DNA from: an uncultured Candidatus Rokubacteria bacterium
GTDB taxonomy: Bacteria > Methylomirabilota > Methylomirabilia > Rokubacteriales > DASRDR01
Assembly: GCA_963826115.1 (NCBI GenBank)
Contig: CAWGVS010000006.1
Span: forward strand, 768,001 to 832,000
Reading direction: 5' to 3'
DNA: 64,000 bases
Shown here: positions 58,400 to 64,000 of the stretch, one piece after another
Layout of the letters: the number at the start of each line of letters is the position of its first letter
Position numbering within the stretch: position 1 is the stretch's first letter
Notes under the pieces: model-generated
Seen by the model: the letters and a program-made list of their open reading frames with translations, nothing else
Databases searched by the model: none
Told to the model about the DNA's origin: nothing
Position numbers and translations under genes: made by a program

Positions 58400-59728
58400 C
58401 TACGTGAGCAGCGCGAGGGGCTCTTCGACGAGCTCGGCCAAGGTGGCGAGGAACTGGGCGCCGCGAGCACCGTCCAGCGCCCGGTGATCGCACGACAGGG
58501 TCAGCACCATCATGGGCTGGACGGCCGGCTGGCCGTTGACGGCGACGACGCGGTCGGCGATGCGCCCCACGGCGAGGATCGCGGCCTGCGGCGGGTTCAC
58601 GATCGCGGTGAAGCCGTCGACGCCGTACATGCCCAGGTTGCTGATCGTGAAGCCGCCTCCCGTGATGTCGGCGGGCCGGAGGCGTCCCGCCTGGGCGCGG
58701 CCGACCAGCGCCTCGCGCTCGGCCACGAGCTCGGCCAGGCCCAGCCGGTCGGCGTGGTGGATCACCGGGACGACCAGCCCGTCGTCGATGGCCACGGCCA
58801 GGCCGATGTTGATCTCGGCCTGGCGCACGATGCCGCCGTCCTGCCAGGACGCGTTCACTCCGGGGTGTTGCCCGATGGCGGCGGCGACCAGCTTCACGAG
58901 GAGGTCGGTGTAGGTCACGCGGACGCCGGTCCGCTTCACCGCGCGCTCCCGCCAGGCGACCAGTCGGCTCGCATTGACCTCGCGCACCAGGTGGAACTGG
59001 GGCGCGGTGGTCCAGCTCGCGGTCATGCGCTCGACCATGACGCGCCAGATGGTACCGACGCGCGGCGCGCCGGCCGGGGCCGCCGCGGGCGCGGCGGCGG
59101 CGACGCGGGCGGGGGCCGCGGCCAGGACGTCGGCGGTCAGGACGGCGCCGCCCGGCCCGGAGCCGCGGAGGTCGGCCACCTCGAGGCCACGCTCGGCGGC
59201 GAGCCGCCGCGCCTTGGGCGAGGCCGGCGCGAGGCGCGGGGTCGGCCCGTTGCCTGCCTTCGCGGCTGCCCGGCGCTCGACGAAGGAGAGCACGTCCGCC
59301 TTCTCGATGCGCCCGCCGGTCGCGGTCACGTGGGCGACGTCGACGCCGTGCTGCTCGGCGACCTTCCGTGCGAGCGGGGAGATCCGCGGCCTGGCCCCGG
59401 CGGCGGCGGCCGCCGCCGGCGCGGGGGAGGTGACCGGCTGGGTGCCTGGGGGCGCGGTCGGGGCGGCCGCGGGGCTCGCGCCGGCCTCGTCGGCCCCGAA
59501 GATGAGGGCGATCGTCTGGCCGACCGGGATCACGTCGCCCGCCTGCGCCGTCACCTCGCGGAGGACGCCGGAGGCCGGCGCCTCGATCTCCACGGTCGCC
59601 TTGTCGGTCTCGATCTCGAGCAGCGGGTCGCCCTTTCGCACCGTGTCGCCGGGCGCCCGGAGCCACTGCAGGACCTTTCCGGAGTCCTGCGCCAGCTCGA
59701 GCGCCGGCATGATGACGCGGGCGGGCAT
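58400..59728 (-). CDS. Dihydrolipoamide acyltransferase (E2)
   Basis: Lipoyl ETDKA, two E3-binding SP.AR repeats, DHRALDG. Confidence 0.93.
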   Translation of the reverse strand: MPARVIMPALELAQDSGKVLQWLRAPGDTVRKGDPLLEIETDKATVEIEAPASGVLREVTAQAGDVIPVGQTIALIFGADEAGASPAAAPTAPPGTQPVTSPAPAAAAAAGARPRISPLARKVAEQHGVDVAHVTATGGRIEKADVLSFVERRAAAKAGNGPTPRLAPASPKARRLAAERGLEVADLRGSGPGGAVLTADVLAAAPARVAAAAPAAAPAGAPRVGTIWRVMVERMTASWTTAPQFHLVREVNASRLVAWRERAVKRTGVRVTYTDLLVKLVAAAIGQHPGVNASWQDGGIVRQAEINIGLAVAIDDGLVVPVIHHADRLGLAELVAEREALVGRAQAGRLRPADITGGGFTISNLGMYGVDGFTAIVNPPQAAILAVGRIADRVVAVNGQPAVQPMMVLTLSCDHRALDGARGAQFLATLAELVEEPLALLT

Positions 59729-60738
59729 CAGGCGCCCTTGCAGAGGGCCAGGGCGGCGTCGAACACGCTCTTCTCCGTCGGCACCGTCAGGTCTTCCAGC
59801 ACCGGCGAGAACGGCACCGGCACGTCCATGGCGCCCATGCGCTTGACCGGGGCGTCGAGGTAGTAGAAGGCCCCGTCCGCGATCACCGAGGCGATCTCGG
59901 CGGTGACGCCGTAGCGCTCGTAGCCCTCGTCCACCACCAGGGCGCGCGAGGTCTTCCTGGCCGAGGCGATCAGCGTCTCCTTGTCGAGCGGCGCCGTCGT
60001 CCGCGGGTCGATCACCTCGGCGCTGACGCCGCGCTCCTCGAGGAGCTTGGCCGCGCCCAGCGCCACCTGGACCATGCTGCTGGTGGCGACGATGGTGACG
60101 TCGGTGCCCGCGCGCTTGACGTCGGCGACGCCGAGCGGGATCGTGTAGTCCCCTTCCGGCACCGGGCCCTTCATCCGGTACATCATCTTGTCCTCGAAGA
60201 TGACCACCGGGCTGTCGTCGCGGATCGCCGTCTTCATGAGGCCCTTGGCGTCGTGGGGCGTCGCCGGCAGCGCCACCTTGAGGCCCGGGACGTGGCTCAC
60301 CCAGGCCTGGAGCGACTGCGAGTGCTGGGCCGCCGAGCGCCGGGTGGCGCCCAGCGTCGTCCGGAAGACGATCGGCACCTTGATCTTGCCGCCCGACATG
60401 TAGTGGGCCTTGGCCGCCTGGTTGACCATCTGGTCCATGGTCAGCGTGATGAAGTCGCCGAACATGATGTCCACGATCGGCCGCATGCCGGTCATGGCCG
60501 CGCCCACGCCGATGCCCGCGTACCCCGGCTCCGAGATCGGAGTGTCGATGATCCGCTGGGTGCCGAACTCCTGCACCAGGCCCAGCAGCACCTTGAACGG
60601 GTGGCCGGCCTCGGCCACGTCCTCGCCGATGACGAACACGGTGGGGTCGCGGCGCATCTCCTCCGCGATCGCCTCGCGGACCGCCTCGCCGTAGGTGAGC
60701 TCGCGCACGGCCGCGCCAGGCCCGTCAGGCGTAGACAT
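59728..60738 (-). CDS. 2-oxoacid/acetoin dehydrogenase E1 beta subunit
   Basis: GEDV, DTPISE, QHSQ, EVIDPRT. Confidence 0.93.
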   Translation of the reverse strand: MSTPDGPGAAVRELTYGEAVREAIAEEMRRDPTVFVIGEDVAEAGHPFKVLLGLVQEFGTQRIIDTPISEPGYAGIGVGAAMTGMRPIVDIMFGDFITLTMDQMVNQAAKAHYMSGGKIKVPIVFRTTLGATRRSAAQHSQSLQAWVSHVPGLKVALPATPHDAKGLMKTAIRDDSPVVIFEDKMMYRMKGPVPEGDYTIPLGVADVKRAGTDVTIVATSSMVQVALGAAKLLEERGVSAEVIDPRTTAPLDKETLIASARKTSRALVVDEGYERYGVTAEIASVIADGAFYYLDAPVKRMGAMDVPVPFSPVLEDLTVPTEKSVFDAALALCKGA

Positions 60739-61708
60739 CTTCGGTCACCTCGCTGAGCTCGGGGAAGGAGGCGTCCAGGGCGAACTGCACGCCGGCGTCG
60801 ATCTCGGCCTTCACGTCGGCCAGGATGCGGTCGAACACCGCCGGCTCGGAGAGACCCTGGTCGATGAGCCGGGTGGACAGGGTCTGGAGCGGGTCGTGGT
60901 GCGTCATCCAGTCCCGCTCCTCCTCGCGCGACCGGTACTCGCGGTTCACGTCGCCGACGTGGTGGCCGTAGTACCGGTAGGTCTTGCACTCGAGGAACGC
61001 CGGGCCCTCGCCGCGGCGCGCCCGCTCGACCAGCCGGCGCATCGTGCGGTTGACCGCCTGGACGTCCTGGCCGTCGACGCTCTCGCCGTGGACCCCGAAG
61101 GCCCGGGCGCGGGCCACGATGTCGCCGGCGACCGTCTCGCTGGCCGGCGTGTACTCGCCGTAGAGGTTGTTCTCGCAGACGTAGATGACCGGCAGCTTCC
61201 ACAGCGCCGCCATGTTCATGGTCTCGTAGAGGAGTCCCTGGCCGAGCGCGCCGTCGCCGAAGAAGCAGGCCGCGACCTGGCCGGTCCCGCGCATCTTCGC
61301 CGAGAGCGCGGCGCCCGTCGCGATGCCGGTCGAGCCGCCGACGATGGCGTTGGCGCCCAGGTTGCCCGTCTCGGGGTCGGCGATGTGCATCGAGCCGCCC
61401 TTGCCGCGGCAGTAGCCCGGCTCCTTGCCGAGGAGCTCGGCGAACATCCGGTTCACCGCGGCGCCCTTGGCCAGGCAGTGCCCGTGCCCCCGGTGCGTGC
61501 TCGTGATGAAGTCGTCCCGGCGGAGCGCCTCGCACACCCCGACGGCCACCGCCTCCTGGCCCACGTACAGGTGGGCGAGGCCAGGCATCTTCGCGCCCTT
61601 GTACAGCTCGTGCACCTGCTCCTCGAAGGCCCGGATCTTGGCCATCTGGCGAAACATGTGGAGGTGCTGCTCAAGCTCCATCCTGGGTTCGAGCACTTGC
61701 GTCGTCAT
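60725..61708 (-). CDS. 2-oxoacid/acetoin dehydrogenase E1 alpha subunit
   Basis: HLYVGQEA, THRGHGH, GGSMH, GDGA...ENN TPP motif, YRYYGH. Confidence 0.93.
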   Translation of the reverse strand: MTTQVLEPRMELEQHLHMFRQMAKIRAFEEQVHELYKGAKMPGLAHLYVGQEAVAVGVCEALRRDDFITSTHRGHGHCLAKGAAVNRMFAELLGKEPGYCRGKGGSMHIADPETGNLGANAIVGGSTGIATGAALSAKMRGTGQVAACFFGDGALGQGLLYETMNMAALWKLPVIYVCENNLYGEYTPASETVAGDIVARARAFGVHGESVDGQDVQAVNRTMRRLVERARRGEGPAFLECKTYRYYGHHVGDVNREYRSREEERDWMTHHDPLQTLSTRLIDQGLSEPAVFDRILADVKAEIDAGVQFALDASFPELSEVTEDVYA

Positions 61709-61885
61709 CGACAGGTCCCTTCCGCGTGATCGGGAGTTCGGCGTGCCGGCGCGCATCGCGCGACCCTGCGATGCTCCGCCATGGCGCCCACCGAGTCAAG
61801 GGTCGGAGGCGGTCGGAGGATGCCGGGACCCGCCCGAGGGCACGTGCAGCGGCCCGCGGCGCCACCGCCGCGGCCGCGAGACGGG

Positions 61886-63340
61886 CTACGTCGCGGCGGC
61901 CGGCGCGCGCAGCGTGGCCTCCACCGATGGGGAGAGGTACGCGCCCTGGCGGAGCAGCTCGCGCTGGATCGCGCGCGGATCGACGTCGCGGAGCCGCGTC
62001 GATCCGCCGGCCGCAAGCGCGGCCGCGATGCCGGCGGCCTGGCCGGTCATCCAGCACTGCGGGATCTCCCGGAGGAAGGTGTGGGAGGCGGCATCGCACG
62101 AGATGTGCCGTCCCGGGCCGAGGATCCCGTCGAGATCGGCGGGCACGAGCGATCCGTACGGCACCGAGATGTTCGGCACCCGCGGCGAGAGGCTGGGCGA
62201 GACGCCGATCTCGTCGTCCCACACGCGACCGGTGTCCCACTGCGCCTGCGTGACGCGTCGGAGCCCGCGGAGACGCCGGCTGTGGCGAACGCCGATCTGC
62301 GGCGCGCCCAGCATGAGGGAGGCGTGCTCGAAGCCCGGCGCGTGCGCCCGGTAGACCTCGAGGTGGCCGACCATCAGCTGCCGGGACTGGATCTCGACCG
62401 CCGTCAGGTCGTCCACGTCGACGGCGCTGTAGCCGGAGAGCCGCGGCCCCATGAAGAGCGCCACCTCGTTGCGCCAGCCGACGAAGGGCTTCTCGAAGAA
62501 CCGGAGCCGCTCGCGGCCACGCGCCATGAAGTCCGAGAAGCCCTGCGGGTCCCCGGTGCGGAAGGCGATCCACCGGTCCATGTCCACGCCGCCGAAGAGC
62601 CACGCGGTGTTGGTGCAGTGGTGGATGTCGCGCTCGTCGATGTCGGAGTCGAGGGCGGCGCCCGCGCGGGCGAAGAGATCGGCGTCGCCGCTCGCGTCCA
62701 CCACCACGCGGGCGCGGATCGCCTGCCGACCCTCCTTGCTCTCGAAGATCGCGCCCTGGATCCGCCCGCCCTCGGCGATCGGCGCGACCGCCCACGCGTG
62801 GAAGAAGAGCTGCACCTTGTGCGCGAGCACCATGTCCAGGCACGCGGTCTTGAGCCACTCGGGGTCGATGGTGGGCGACCAGGTGACGACGCCGTGGAAG
62901 GCGGCCGTGCGCTGCATCCAGTACGCGGCGGTGGCCTCGTCGCGCGCGCCCCAGATCTCCTTGGCGGGGCCGAAGATGGCACCCCGCGGCAGCCGGTCCA
63001 TCAGCTCCTCGGCGACGCCGCGGATGACGTGGCGGCCGGTCCAGTCCGACATGCGGTCGATCCAGATCACGAGACCGCCGGTCGAGAGGCCGCCCAGGTG
63101 GTTGTAGCGCTCGACCAGCGTCACGTCCGCGCCGAGGCGCGCCGCGCCGACGGCGGCCGCTACCCCCGCCGGGCCTCCGCCGACGACCAGCACGTCCGTC
63201 TCGGCGAACACCGGGGTCTCCCGCGCGGGCTCGCGGACCGTCCCGGTGGGCCGGCGGCGCCGGGCCGGCCGCGCGGCCTCGCCGAAGATCTCGAGGCCCT
63301 GGAGCCGGAAAAGCTTCTCGCGGTCGTCCTGCGTCGTCAC
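61886..63340 (-). CDS. FAD-dependent oxidoreductase (FAD_oxidored family)
   Basis: DVLVVGGGPAG, LGG..TGG, VDASGDAD, VPYGSLVP, GRHIS, GQAAG. Confidence 0.9.
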   Translation of the reverse strand: MTTQDDREKLFRLQGLEIFGEAARPARRRRPTGTVREPARETPVFAETDVLVVGGGPAGVAAAVGAARLGADVTLVERYNHLGGLSTGGLVIWIDRMSDWTGRHVIRGVAEELMDRLPRGAIFGPAKEIWGARDEATAAYWMQRTAAFHGVVTWSPTIDPEWLKTACLDMVLAHKVQLFFHAWAVAPIAEGGRIQGAIFESKEGRQAIRARVVVDASGDADLFARAGAALDSDIDERDIHHCTNTAWLFGGVDMDRWIAFRTGDPQGFSDFMARGRERLRFFEKPFVGWRNEVALFMGPRLSGYSAVDVDDLTAVEIQSRQLMVGHLEVYRAHAPGFEHASLMLGAPQIGVRHSRRLRGLRRVTQAQWDTGRVWDDEIGVSPSLSPRVPNISVPYGSLVPADLDGILGPGRHISCDAASHTFLREIPQCWMTGQAAGIAAALAAGGSTRLRDVDPRAIQRELLRQGAYLSPSVEATLRAPAAAT

Positions 63341-63405
63341 TGGTCTCGCGTCCTCTCGCCGATGGTCGGGTTCGATCTCGCCGTCCGGACTGCCGGACCG
63401 GGCTC

Positions 63406-64000
63406 TCAGGGACCCGGCGTCGGACGCCGGAGGTACCGCCCGCGCGCCGCGCCGACGATCCCACCCCGGTCGTAGACGACCTGACCGCGGAGGAACGTCG
63501 TCATCACCTGGCCCTGGAGCGTGAGGCCCTCGAAGGGTGTGTAGCCCTGGGCCGACGGCGAGTCGGCCGCCCGCACCGTGACCGACCGGTCAGGGTCCAG
63601 GAGGACGAGGTCCGCGTCGTAGCCGGGGGCGATGTCGCCCTTGCCCCCGATGCCGAAGCGCCGCGCCGGATTCCAGGAGAGGAGCTCCGCCACGCGGCCG
63701 GGGGCGAGGCCGCGCCGGGTGCCCTCGCTGAACACGCCCGGCAGGAGGTACTCGGTGCCGCCGAAGCCGGCCTTGGCGAGCCACACGTCGTCCGGGCGAC
63801 TCCGGTCGAGCTTCGTCTCGGTGGCGCAGCACGCGTGATCGCTCACCACCCAGTCCACCTTCCCGTCGAGCACGCCCTGCCAGAGGAACTCGACGTCCGC
63901 GCGCGAGCGGATCGGCGGGTTCACCTTGGCGTGCGGCCCCGCCGGCGTGTCGTAGTCGAGGAGGAGGTGCCCGGCGGTGACCTCGCAGCGGAGGTCCAGG
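63406..64000 (-). CDS. Dihydroorotase/allantoinase-type cyclic amidohydrolase, C-terminal part
   Basis: KVNPPIR, VVSDH, NPARRFG...KG.I..GYDADL, YTPFEG. Confidence 0.88.
   Translation of the reverse strand, partial: LDLRCEVTAGHLLLDYDTPAGPHAKVNPPIRSRADVEFLWQGVLDGKVDWVVSDHACCATETKLDRSRPDDVWLAKAGFGGTEYLLPGVFSEGTRRGLAPGRVAELLSWNPARRFGIGGKGDIAPGYDADLVLLDPDRSVTVRAADSPSAQGYTPFEGLTLQGQVMTTFLRGQVVYDRGGIVGAARGRYLRRPTPGP

Overview
Very GC-rich bacterial DNA. The gene content (adenylate cyclase-AAA-TPR, Liv-type ABC transporter, YghX, N,N-dimethylformamidase-like protein) suggests Candidatus Rokubacteria or a relative; this is inference. There are about 55 coding regions, and no rRNA, tRNA, CRISPR array or intact IS was seen. 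Many genes at 26.6-33.4 kb and one near 51.9 kb are broken by single-base frameshifts, probably long-read indels. Main highlights: (1) A conserved ~120-bp non-coding enhancer with three 18-bp TGCAC-N8-GTGCA boxes occurs twice, 27 kb apart. Each copy lies ahead of a sigma54 -24/-12 promoter, linking an uncharacterised three-gene operon (two TULIP/BPI-like proteins and a cupredoxin-like protein), a divergent lipoprotein and a DUF2235 phospholipase-like gene into one putative regulon. (2) A compact operon encodes an NHLP-leader-like peptide, a stand-alone cNMP-binding protein and an RRE-M50 membrane protease with HQxxH instead of HExxH, close to an adenylate cyclase. (3) A mini biosynthetic cluster encodes an LnmK-like enzyme, an ACP and a C-A-PCP-TE NRPS with a Cys thioesterase. 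(4) A Crp/Fnr regulator is surrounded by GTGA-N6-TCAC-like sites in front of redox genes and an RpoD paralogue. (5) Bacterial topoisomerase VI (top6B-top6A) is present. The right third is ordinary catabolic and transport content.
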